DNA of 64,000 nucleotides, from positions 69,408 to 133,407 of the forward strand of contig CAYXGW010000002.1 of the NCBI GenBank assembly GCA_964464595.1. Direction: 5' to 3'. Position numbers and translations under genes: made by a program. Origin of the DNA: an uncultured Deferribacteres bacterium. GTDB lineage: Bacteria > Zhuqueibacterota > JdFR-76 > DREG01. This document shows, one piece after another, positions 30,994 to 39,282 of this stretch; the first letter of the stretch is position 1; each line of letters opens with the position of its first letter. The notes below the pieces were generated by a model. The model saw only the letters and a list, made by a program, of their open reading frames with translations, had not been told where the DNA came from and made no database searches.

Positions 30994-33447
30994 ATGGAAT
31001 TTAAGGACATACTTTATGGCAGGATTATAATTCCAGACTGGATGTTACCATTCTTAAGAATCCCTGAATTCGTGCGTCTCAGGGGTGTTAGACTTTCTAA
31101 TGTCGATTCTATTCAGTACAAGGATTTCAACGGCCCAACTCGTTGGGATCATAGCATTGCAGTAGCAGCATTAGCATTGCGGTGCGCAGAAAAGCGTGGT
31201 CTTTCAAGAAAACAAAAAATAGAACTTTCATTGGCAGCGCTTCTTCATGATATTGCTTCACCACCATTTGCACATTCTATCGAATACGTCGTTGAAAACT
31301 ACAACCATGAATTGGAGGCTCAAAAGATTCTGAGTGCGATAACATCAAAGGACTCAGAACCTAATATTCCTATCTTCGCTTCTCAGGTGCCGCAATTCTT
31401 TAAGTCTTGCGAAAAGCTCTCTATTGATACTGGGATTAATATTGATCCAATACAAGTTGCAAAGCTGATTGTGGGGGATTCTGACTTGGGTTTTCTTATC
31501 AACGGCAGCCTTGATTTAGACAACGCGGACAATGTGACAAGAGCATGCCTTTTTCTGGGAATCGAAGTGGATAAAAACGTTCCCCTGCAACTTGCTGATT
31601 GGCTTGCCCAACAGAAACATGTTCCAATTGAATTGGAAATGGTAAAAAATGAGGCCGTTAGAAAGTGGTTTGGTTATCGAAAAAAATTATATCTTGAGTT
31701 CTATAACGCGTCAGATGATGAGCTTGGAAGAGAGGCGTTCTTACAACATCTAGTCCGTAAAGCCCGTTTGGCAGGCTTATCTAGGCAAGCTATAATCTGG
31801 AAAACAGATGAATCACTTTTATTCGCGATTGAGAACCTACAAGAAGAAACCACAAACAACACCAAGTCCACTCTCAAACATTTGGTTCAAAGGTATCGTT
31901 TACTCGAACAAACTTTCAAAATTAGCCAAATTGAAATAACCGATGAAGATCAACTTCGTATACTTCAAACACCTCAAGCTTCAAATTGGATAGAACAACA
32001 ACTATCTACTAATTCCTTTGAACCCTTTGTTTTAGTTAAATCTTTAAGACATGCAACCGATGAGCAAACCGCATCGGATTTGTTTCCAGTTAGTCCAGGT
32101 GTTTTGATTGTGTTTAAATTAACTGACAGCTTAAGATACAAGCAACTTCCAGATTGGTTGCAAGAAGGAATTCCTCAAAGTACAGTTGGGAAGAGTTTAC
32201 GGAAATATTTCACAAATGAAATAAGAAAAATAATCCCAAAGTGGGTCAACTGCAAACCGTGGATTGATACGAGCGCTGAAAGAAAGGATAATGTTCTTGA
32301 AAACCTCTCTAGTTTTGGGAACTGGAGTTTCCATTTGTCGAGAAATGAAAGTATTCACGCATATCCAAGCACATTTGTACATACAATTCCTGCAAGTTTT
32401 ATAAGTGCATTAGGTCTTCGAGGAGAACTCATTTTGGATCCTTTCGGAGGAACCGGCCAAACTGCAGTCGAAGCAATAAAATCCGGGTGCGAAGTTATAT
32501 CATCAGATTCAAACAGAATTGCAGCCTTGATTGCAAAAACTAAACTCTCTTACCTTAATTCAGTGAACCGTAAAAAACTTCGAAAAATATCATTGGATGA
32601 TATCGAGCGCATCGAATGTTTTAAAAAACCAAATTTTCACTTGATAGATAAATGGCATCACAAAGATACCTTTGAAGAATTATGCCGGATTCGGGCATTT
32701 ATAGAAATTCAACAAAACGTACTCTTGAAACAATTCTTAAAAACGAGCTTTTCATCAATCTTGACCTCAACCACAGCAAGGCGAGGTGAGGAGTCTAGTT
32801 ATTTTGCTGATAATACTCCGTTAGCAACAAATGTGGATTCTCCACCATATCATAATGCCATTAGGTTTTTCATTGATAGAATTAATAGAAACCTTAATGT
32901 TTTAGAAAGATTTTACTCATTTATCGAGAGAAACGGAAAGAACCCCGCAGATGAATTAAAACGTGCAAAAGTATTCAATTTTGATGCGAGACATTTGAAA
33001 GCGAAAGAGCTTAAGATAGAGGAAAAATCTATTGCCGGAATAATAACATCCCCTCCTTACTTGTGTATGTCCGATTATACGCTTGGATTACGATTGTCAT
33101 ATTATTGGCTCGAACCTGAATGTTTACAAAAGGATTTCGAAAGAGAAATTGCAGCAAGAAGGCAACGTTTCCGACCAGAGGAGGCATTGGATAATTATCT
33201 AAAAGATTTAGATACTTTTGCGTCAAATGTAACTAAACTTCTGAAATTGGGTGGTTTTCTGGCAATTGTTTTAGCTTCCCCAGAGGCGAGAGCATTCAAG
33301 AAACAAGACATAATTCAAGCAGTCGACGACATATTCTCTAGACATTCTTTGAATAGCTTGTGGTCTCAATGGCGACCAATAAGTTGGCATCGCAAAGGTT
33401 ATCAAAGATTAAAGGAAGAAAGACTTACAGTTTACACTTTAGAGTAA
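30994..33447 (+). CDS. HD-domain phosphohydrolase (SAMHD1/dGTPase-like) fused to N4C/N6A-type amino-methyltransferase
   Basis: PEFVRLR, TRWDHS, LLHDIASPPFAH, DLDNAD in the N-terminal part; HAYPSTF, ILDPFGGTG, ITSPPY in the C-terminal part. Confidence 0.8.
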   Translation: MEFKDILYGRIIIPDWMLPFLRIPEFVRLRGVRLSNVDSIQYKDFNGPTRWDHSIAVAALALRCAEKRGLSRKQKIELSLAALLHDIASPPFAHSIEYVVENYNHELEAQKILSAITSKDSEPNIPIFASQVPQFFKSCEKLSIDTGINIDPIQVAKLIVGDSDLGFLINGSLDLDNADNVTRACLFLGIEVDKNVPLQLADWLAQQKHVPIELEMVKNEAVRKWFGYRKKLYLEFYNASDDELGREAFLQHLVRKARLAGLSRQAIIWKTDESLLFAIENLQEETTNNTKSTLKHLVQRYRLLEQTFKISQIEITDEDQLRILQTPQASNWIEQQLSTNSFEPFVLVKSLRHATDEQTASDLFPVSPGVLIVFKLTDSLRYKQLPDWLQEGIPQSTVGKSLRKYFTNEIRKIIPKWVNCKPWIDTSAERKDNVLENLSSFGNWSFHLSRNESIHAYPSTFVHTIPASFISALGLRGELILDPFGGTGQTAVEAIKSGCEVISSDSNRIAALIAKTKLSYLNSVNRKKLRKISLDDIERIECFKKPNFHLIDKWHHKDTFEELCRIRAFIEIQQNVLLKQFLKTSFSSILTSTTARRGEESSYFADNTPLATNVDSPPYHNAIRFFIDRINRNLNVLERFYSFIERNGKNPADELKRAKVFNFDARHLKAKELKIEEKSIAGIITSPPYLCMSDYTLGLRLSYYWLEPECLQKDFEREIAARRQRFRPEEALDNYLKDLDTFASNVTKLLKLGGFLAIVLASPEARAFKKQDIIQAVDDIFSRHSLNSLWSQWRPISWHRKGYQRLKEERLTVYTLE

Positions 33448-33516
33448 GTTACAATGTGGTACAGAATGTTCAGCCAAAATAGCCGAACAATTGAGGTGCT
33501 TTCACTTTATTTCGAG

Positions 33517-33548
33517 TATTCAATTCAAGAGCAAGTACACACTCGTGA
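33517..33548 (+). repeat. Right copy of 32-bp imperfect direct repeat
   Basis: tattcaattcaagagcaagtacacactcgtga; internal dyad TCAAGAG-N10-CTCGTGA. Confidence 0.8.
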
Positions 33549-33714
33549 ATGTTCTTGCCACATAACAAGCCATACTATACATTTAGGAGCAATCAAAACC
33601 AGAGGCTACAGATCTGTTTTTATACGATTTCTAAATTATCGGCTACCTCTGCGCCGAATATTTCAGGTTAAGGTACTAAAAAAACATTCTTATCAAATAG
33701 TATGGAGGTAAAAA

Positions 33715-34089
33715 GTGAAAGTTTTGGGAATTCGATTTTGTACGGTTTCAAAAGAAGGGAAAGAACTGTCTGATTTCTTGAAGGATGGTTTGGGTCTGCC
33801 AACATTATTCGGCGATGGTACGGATAGCGAGTCTGAGTCAAAAGAATTCCGTGGCAATGTATTTCCAGCCGGCACAAGCTGGATTGAGGTCTGGCCCGAG
33901 GGGCCGGAAATGCCGGAGGGTATTATGCTGCAGATCGTGGTGGACAATGCTGATAAATGGGCCGAGCAAGCCAAAGCCAACGGACTTACCCCCTACGGCC
34001 CCACGGATGCTCACGGCGAGCGCATCTACTACTTGCAAGCGCCGACTGGTTTGGCCATAAGCTTTCAGTCCAAATTGACGCAGGAATAA
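33715..34089 (+). CDS. VOC/glyoxalase family protein
   Basis: GGAGGT RBS + GTG; FLKDGLGL, SWIEVW, LQIVVDNAD, PTDAHGERIYYLQAPTG. Confidence 0.7.
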   Translation: MKVLGIRFCTVSKEGKELSDFLKDGLGLPTLFGDGTDSESESKEFRGNVFPAGTSWIEVWPEGPEMPEGIMLQIVVDNADKWAEQAKANGLTPYGPTDAHGERIYYLQAPTGLAISFQSKLTQE

Positions 34090-34129
34090 TATTTGGTCGT
34101 GTTTTTTTCAATCTAACAAATAATTTTGC

Positions 34130-34158
34130 TTGACTAAAGCAAATCAATAAGGTATCTT
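34130..34158 (+). promoter_or_regulatory. Possible sigma70 promoter of the NHL-repeat gene
   Basis: TTGACT-N17-TATCTT about 65 nt upstream of ATG 34224. Confidence 0.4.
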
Positions 34159-34223
34159 GCGCGTAAAGTTTGACAAAATTTCCACAGAATTTTTATATCA
34201 ACCCATCATTAAAGGTGAGCGTC

Positions 34224-35210
34224 ATGGCACTCAAAGCCGCTTTAATAATTGTTTCATTTTTCGCTTTTCCATATGAATCAATTGCCCAAACCAATCCCTA
34301 TAACATTGTTGAGAACTGGGCCAAGCTCCCCCTGGGCAGACCCTGGGGAGCGACGAGCGCGGTGTATCCTGCCAGTAACGGCAATTTATGGGTAGCCGAG
34401 CGATGCGGACAAAACAGCTGTATCGGAAAAGAGGATGTCCCTCCCATCCTCCTGTTCGATCCTGCCGGGAAACTGCTGAAAAGCTTTGGCGCAGGATTGT
34501 TGGTCTGGCCGCATGGGATTAATGTGGATAAAGACGGTAATGTCTGGATAGCCGATGCCCGGGGAGAAGACGGAAAAGGCCACCAGGTTTTGAAGTTTAG
34601 CCCGGATGGAGAGCTGTTGATGTCACTAGGCAAAGCCGGAGTCGCCGGCGAAGACCGGGATACTTTCAATGCGCCATCTGATGTTTTGGTTGCTCCCAAT
34701 GGCGACATTTTTGTTGCAGACGGCCACTGGGTCGATGGCAATAATCGCATTGTGAAGTTTTCCGGCGAGGGGAAATTCATTATGGCATGGGGAAAAACCG
34801 GATACGGTCCCGGTGAGTTTCGCGACCCCCACGCGCTCGCAATGGATTCCCAGGGCCGCCTGTTCGTCGGTGACCGGGCAAACAGCCGGATCCAACTCTT
34901 CGACCAGGAAGGAAACTACATTACTACCTGGACGCAATTTGGCCGGCCGAGTGGAATTTTTATTACCAAAGATGATGTCATTTACGTGGCTGATTCAGAA
35001 TCAAATACGCGACGAAATCCCGGCTGGAAAAGGGGCATCCGGATCGGCAGCGCCAAAAGCGGCTGGGTTACGGCTTTCATTCCTGATCCTGAACCGGACC
35101 AGGATAATTCCGGCACCAGCGGAGCCGAAGGCATTGCAGCTGATTCAAAAGGTAACTTGTACGGAGCAGAAGTCGGTCCACGGAAGTTGACTAAATATGT
35201 GAAGAAATAG
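34224..35210 (+). CDS. Peptidyl-alpha-hydroxyglycine alpha-amidating lyase-like NHL-repeat beta-propeller, exported
   Basis: PHGINVDKDGNVWIAD, FNAPSDVLVAPNGDIFVADG, FRDPHALAMDSQGRLFVGDRANSRIQ; signal peptide. Confidence 0.85.
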   Translation: MALKAALIIVSFFAFPYESIAQTNPYNIVENWAKLPLGRPWGATSAVYPASNGNLWVAERCGQNSCIGKEDVPPILLFDPAGKLLKSFGAGLLVWPHGINVDKDGNVWIADARGEDGKGHQVLKFSPDGELLMSLGKAGVAGEDRDTFNAPSDVLVAPNGDIFVADGHWVDGNNRIVKFSGEGKFIMAWGKTGYGPGEFRDPHALAMDSQGRLFVGDRANSRIQLFDQEGNYITTWTQFGRPSGIFITKDDVIYVADSESNTRRNPGWKRGIRIGSAKSGWVTAFIPDPEPDQDNSGTSGAEGIAADSKGNLYGAEVGPRKLTKYVKK

Positions 35211-35366
35211 CCACGGTTTTTTGCTGACATCCACAAGTTCTGGACAGCCAAGGGGAACCCATAAGAAAATTCAATCGATGATTTTTTTGATTAAGGGAAA
35301 TATTATCATTATACTTTGGGTTGACAAAAAAGACCTGAACCACATTGCATTAAAGGATGGCTAAAG

Positions 35367-35492
35367 TGAGTTCGACATAACACGGCTATAAGCAAAATAT
35401 TAATATATAATAAGCCTTCGACTCCGCTCAGGCTGCTAAATTAAGCCATGGTGAGCGGAGTCGAACCATGAATGTCCATTATATCGAACTCA
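35367..35492. repeat. Nested inverted-repeat element (REP/MITE-like)
   Basis: Outer IR tgagttcgacataa (35367-35380) / ttatatcgaactca (35479-35492), 13/14; inner perfect 14-bp IR ttcgactccgctca (35417-35430) / tgagcggagtcgaa (35452-35465). Confidence 0.75.
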
Positions 35493-35529
35493 GCTTAACA
35501 AAACACTTTTTGATTGCGTAGATTACAAA

Positions 35530-36576
35530 ATGGAAAGAATAATAAACAGGTTCAAGAACAAGCGCAAACAAGATTATTTAACGATCGAGTATGCTAACGA
35601 GTACGCTTTTGTCGGAATCGGCAACCACAGCATTTATAATTTGTACCCTGTTTTGGATCATCTACGAGTTCCGGTCAAATATATTGTTACACACAGCCAG
35701 GAAAACGCTGCTTTGATTGATACACATTTCCCGAACGTAATTGGAACCAATGATGTCGGGAAAGTACTTTCTGACAGCAATATAGCCGGGGTGTTTGTTT
35801 GTACAAACCCAAAGAGTCATTTTGATCTTATCAAGCAAATTCTTGCAAGGGATAAAAGCGTATTTGTTGAAAAGCCGCCCTGCCAAAATTTGGCAGAATT
35901 ACAGGAATTAATTGAAATTGAAACCCAATCAAAAGGATTTTGCCTAGTTGGAATGCAAAAGAGATATGCACCCATCAATAAACCAATTAATAAAAAAGTA
36001 TCCCGGATAATTTCGTATCATTATCGATATCTTACCGGTCTTTATCCGGAAGGAGATTCACTACTGGATTTATTTATTCATCCCCTCGATCTTATCAGTC
36101 ATTTGTTCGGAGATTACACCATTGAATCCCAACAAGCTGCATTTCCAGCTTCCAATAAAAATTCAAAGTCTATATTTTTGCATTTAAAGCACGATACTAT
36201 TATTGGAAATATTGAACTCTCAACAAATTATTCCTGGGCATCGGCGGAAGAATCGTTGGAGATAAACACAGAAAAGGGCATTTTTAAATCAACCAATTTG
36301 GAAAATTTAACTTTCGAGAATAAAAGCAATCAATTCCTTAATGTCCCCCTGGAGAAAATCAAAGAATTTAATCAGAGTTCGACGACTTTGTTTAATCAAA
36401 ATTCTTTCATGCCGACATTAAAACATAATGAACTTTATACAAAAGGTTATTATATTGAAGTAAAGACATTTATCGATCTTTGCGAAGGACAAAAAGCGGA
36501 CAATTTATCATCTTTAAGCAGTTTGATTAAAACGTACAATACTATTCAACAAATAAAAAAAGAACATTATGTATAA
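35530..36576 (+). CDS. Gfo/Idh/MocA family oxidoreductase
   Basis: YAFVGIGNH, VFVCTNPKSHF, VFVEKPPC, VGMQKRYAP, DLFIHPLD. Confidence 0.85.
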   Translation: MERIINRFKNKRKQDYLTIEYANEYAFVGIGNHSIYNLYPVLDHLRVPVKYIVTHSQENAALIDTHFPNVIGTNDVGKVLSDSNIAGVFVCTNPKSHFDLIKQILARDKSVFVEKPPCQNLAELQELIEIETQSKGFCLVGMQKRYAPINKPINKKVSRIISYHYRYLTGLYPEGDSLLDLFIHPLDLISHLFGDYTIESQQAAFPASNKNSKSIFLHLKHDTIIGNIELSTNYSWASAEESLEINTEKGIFKSTNLENLTFENKSNQFLNVPLEKIKEFNQSSTTLFNQNSFMPTLKHNELYTKGYYIEVKTFIDLCEGQKADNLSSLSSLIKTYNTIQQIKKEHYV

Positions 36577-37798
36577 TACCAAAGATTACATTACCAGGGG
36601 TGTAAAATTTGCTAATAATATTTTACTGCCCGGACACAAGAAACTTTCTACTTTGATGATTTACGGCACAGATTTATGTGATTCAGGATGCAAGCACTGT
36701 TTAATTTGGGCAAAAAGGCCTACTGTACATTTGCCTTTAGAAAAAATCATTGAAATCATGAACAGCAAATGCGTAAGCAAAAGCACAACTGTCGGTTTGG
36801 AGGGTGGAGAATTTCTATTGCATCCTGAAGCGACAGAAATTCTTCAATGGTTTTCGGCAAATCATCCTAGGTTTGATTTATTATCAAATTGCCTTAAGCC
36901 AGAGGGTGTCATTGAGGCCGTAAAGGAATATCCCCCCAGTAGATTATATCTCTCTTTAGACGGAGATAAAGAAACTTACAAATATATGCGGGGGAAAGAC
37001 GGCTATGATAATGTGCTGCACGTAATTGAAGAGTGCAGGAAACTTGTACCCATTTCAGCAATGTTTACTCTTTCTCCGTATAACGATTTCGACGATTTAG
37101 AGCATGTTATTAAAGTATGTCAAAAATATGATATAGATGTGAGAGTCGGGGTTTATAGCAATATTGCTTTTTTTGATACGCTGGATAAAGCCCACGAAAC
37201 TGATATATCCACTAAAGTTGATACCCATATGTTAAAATACAAGGAAGTAAAACATTTGGTACAGGGCGGAACATCAACATTGAATACTGAAATAAATGTG
37301 GTGGAAAGAGAAAATATTAACATCCCAATTCACGATGAAGAAAAAATTATAAGCTCAAACTCATTTAAAAGCTCCGTCCCGGACATTGTAAAAGAAACGG
37401 CTGAAAATTATGATTTTCTCTTACTTTACGATGAGTGGCGTAAGAAAAATACAAAACTAAAGTGCTTCAGTATTTTGGATAGTATCATCGTACTACCCAA
37501 TGGAGACGTACCAATCTGTCAGAATCTTGATTTAAAACTTGGAAATATTTATGAAAAACCACTTGATGAGGTATTTAATTCTGCTGCCTCTCAAAATACC
37601 CAAAAAGAGTATGTGCACAACTGCAACCAGTGTTGGATCAATTTTCATAGAAAATATGATATTGTTATGATGAGATCGATGGAGAAGGTTATGCCTAAAT
37701 GGGTTGTGGAAAAACTCTTCGGACAATATCAATGGTCTGACGATCCTAACATAACATATGATAAGTTTATGAAAAAATACGATGGCTCCAGGAATTAA
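36569..37798 (+). CDS. Radical SAM protein with SPASM/twitch-like C-terminus
   Basis: CDSGCKHC (CX3CX2C), GLEGGEFLLHP, SLDG, C...PNGDVPIC...LGNI...CNQCW; overlaps upstream stop. Confidence 0.9.
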   Translation: MYNTKDYITRGVKFANNILLPGHKKLSTLMIYGTDLCDSGCKHCLIWAKRPTVHLPLEKIIEIMNSKCVSKSTTVGLEGGEFLLHPEATEILQWFSANHPRFDLLSNCLKPEGVIEAVKEYPPSRLYLSLDGDKETYKYMRGKDGYDNVLHVIEECRKLVPISAMFTLSPYNDFDDLEHVIKVCQKYDIDVRVGVYSNIAFFDTLDKAHETDISTKVDTHMLKYKEVKHLVQGGTSTLNTEINVVERENINIPIHDEEKIISSNSFKSSVPDIVKETAENYDFLLLYDEWRKKNTKLKCFSILDSIIVLPNGDVPICQNLDLKLGNIYEKPLDEVFNSAASQNTQKEYVHNCNQCWINFHRKYDIVMMRSMEKVMPKWVVEKLFGQYQWSDDPNITYDKFMKKYDGSRN

Positions 37799-38134
37799 TT
37801 TGAGAGACCACTTGATAAAACGTTAGATAATCTTCATTAGAGCTGAAAAATGATTCGAATAAACAATTTACTAGCCAGGAATTTAGATATGATAGCTTCT
37901 GGCGTTTTTATAGATAGCTAATGATTTAATATTTTACACTATTTCACGCCCCCTTTAACCCATTAAAATAACTTTTCCTACATCCAATCTATCCCTGAAT
38001 TACGTTGTTCAAACCATTTACGAAACTAATATCTAAAATGAGTTGTTATAGATGACATTGATTTTAGAATTTGGAATTTATGATATTTACTTTAGTGAAG
38101 AGTTGGACGTGAACATCATTCGAAAGGAGAAAAC

Positions 38135-38551
38135 ATGATCGGGAAAAATATAAAAATAGGCTTCATGATTCTATTATTTACTATTGTCTTCTATTCTTGC
38201 AGCAATGATTCCAGTACAGGACCTCAGAATCCAACGGTAATTACCAGCGCTACTTTCAGCTTTATTCAATCAGAACTTTTCACTCCAACTTGCGCAACCT
38301 CTGGCTGCCATAATGGATTTGAACGACCAAATCTTACCAGTGGAAATGCTTATAATAATATTCTGAATGTCCAAAGCACTCGAACCTTGGATTATATTGA
38401 ACCTGGCAATCCTGATAACAGTTATTTATTTCGGAAATTAACAGGAGTAAGTATCTCGGGAAGCCTCATGCCAAGACGTGGATCTGCACTTTCAGCCCCG
38501 GTTATTGATTCAATACGAGTATGGATCGAAAATGGAGCGCTCAATAATTGA
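38135..38551 (+). CDS. Small lipoprotein with CX4CH putative haem-binding motif
   Basis: GGAG RBS; lipobox FYSC; CATSGCH; IEPGNPDNSYLFRKL...MP...IRVWIENGA. Confidence 0.65.
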   Translation: MIGKNIKIGFMILLFTIVFYSCSNDSSTGPQNPTVITSATFSFIQSELFTPTCATSGCHNGFERPNLTSGNAYNNILNVQSTRTLDYIEPGNPDNSYLFRKLTGVSISGSLMPRRGSALSAPVIDSIRVWIENGALNN

Positions 38552-38672
38552 GGGCAGATGGGTGTAAGTTATCATAATTTGGCGCATTTAATTTTAGTAT
38601 CCGACTGCATGAAATTCTTATCTACTCATTAAATTCAATTGAAGTGCTAGAATAATTGAACTATTTTTAAGT

Positions 38673-38896
38673 ATGACTATAACAATTGACATAGACAAAT
38701 TACCCATTCATTCAGATCCGAAAACGATGAGTGGCACAACTGTATTCATCGGAACGCGTGTTCCGGTTGAAACTTTATTTGATTACATTGCAGACGGTGT
38801 TCACTTGATGAATTTCTTGACAATTTTCCCTCAGTAAAAAAGGAAGATGCTTTAAAAGTGCTGAATATCGCCCGTGAAGCTTTCATTAAGACATAA
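38673..38896 (+). pseudogene. DUF433 family antitoxin, frameshifted
   Basis: MTITIDIDKLPIHSDPKTMSGTTVFIGTRVPVETLFDYIADGV; frameshift near 38800 into LDEFLDNFPSVKKEDALKVLNIAREAFIKT*. Confidence 0.8.
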
Positions 38897-39208
38897 TGGC
38901 CGGAATGAGAGTCCTTATTGATGAAAGCCTTCCCCGCTATTTAACAAGTATTTTTAAAGATCACTCAGCAGAAACAGTGCAAGAAAAAGGATTGTCTGGT
39001 ATTAGCAACGGTGATTTATTGGCTTTCGCTGAAAATAAATATGACATTTTGTTAAGTAGCGATAAGAATTTGAAACATCAACAGAATTAATTACAATCTT
39101 TCGATTATTATTTTGCCATCGAATAAGCTTAGTGACATCAAATCCAATGAAACTAAACTATTAATTGCTGTTAATAAAATCCTACACAATACTTACATCG
39201 AGCTCTAG
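38896..39208 (+). pseudogene. DUF5615 PIN-like toxin, premature stop plus frameshift
   Basis: MRVLIDESLP...NGDLL...DILLSSDKNLKHQQN* (stop 39088-39090); continues in another frame as SIIILPSNKLSDIK...TYIEL*. Confidence 0.8.
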
Positions 39209-39282
39209 AATTTGAAGCAGTTCTATCTATCTCCCAACTTGCTGCAAATTACTTATTATTAATTATAGACATAGCAATTCAA

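Noticed and set aside
30994-33447. Ordinary type II restriction-modification system
   Set aside because: No PD-(D/E)xK, HNH, GIY-YIG or PLD nuclease is recognisable in the cassette
33454-33980. ORFs 33454-33711(+), 33668-33877(-), 33693-33980(-), 33785-34060(+)
   Set aside because: Shadow or alternative-frame ORFs over the VOC gene or spacer, with no motifs
35445-35470. tRNA fragment (GGTTCGACTCC T-loop-like on the minus strand)
   Set aside because: No cloverleaf or acceptor stem; explained by the REP-like hairpin
35367-35492. Functional chromosomal dif site
   Set aside because: No intact XerD arm (TTATGTTAAAT-like) next to either XerC-like arm
27600-39210. Integron/CALIN interpretation of the island (attC-like ACATAAC at about 33560 and 35375, ATCTAAC at 34111)
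   Set aside because: No matching complementary GTTRRRY box with paired L boxes at a suitable distance, and no intI gene
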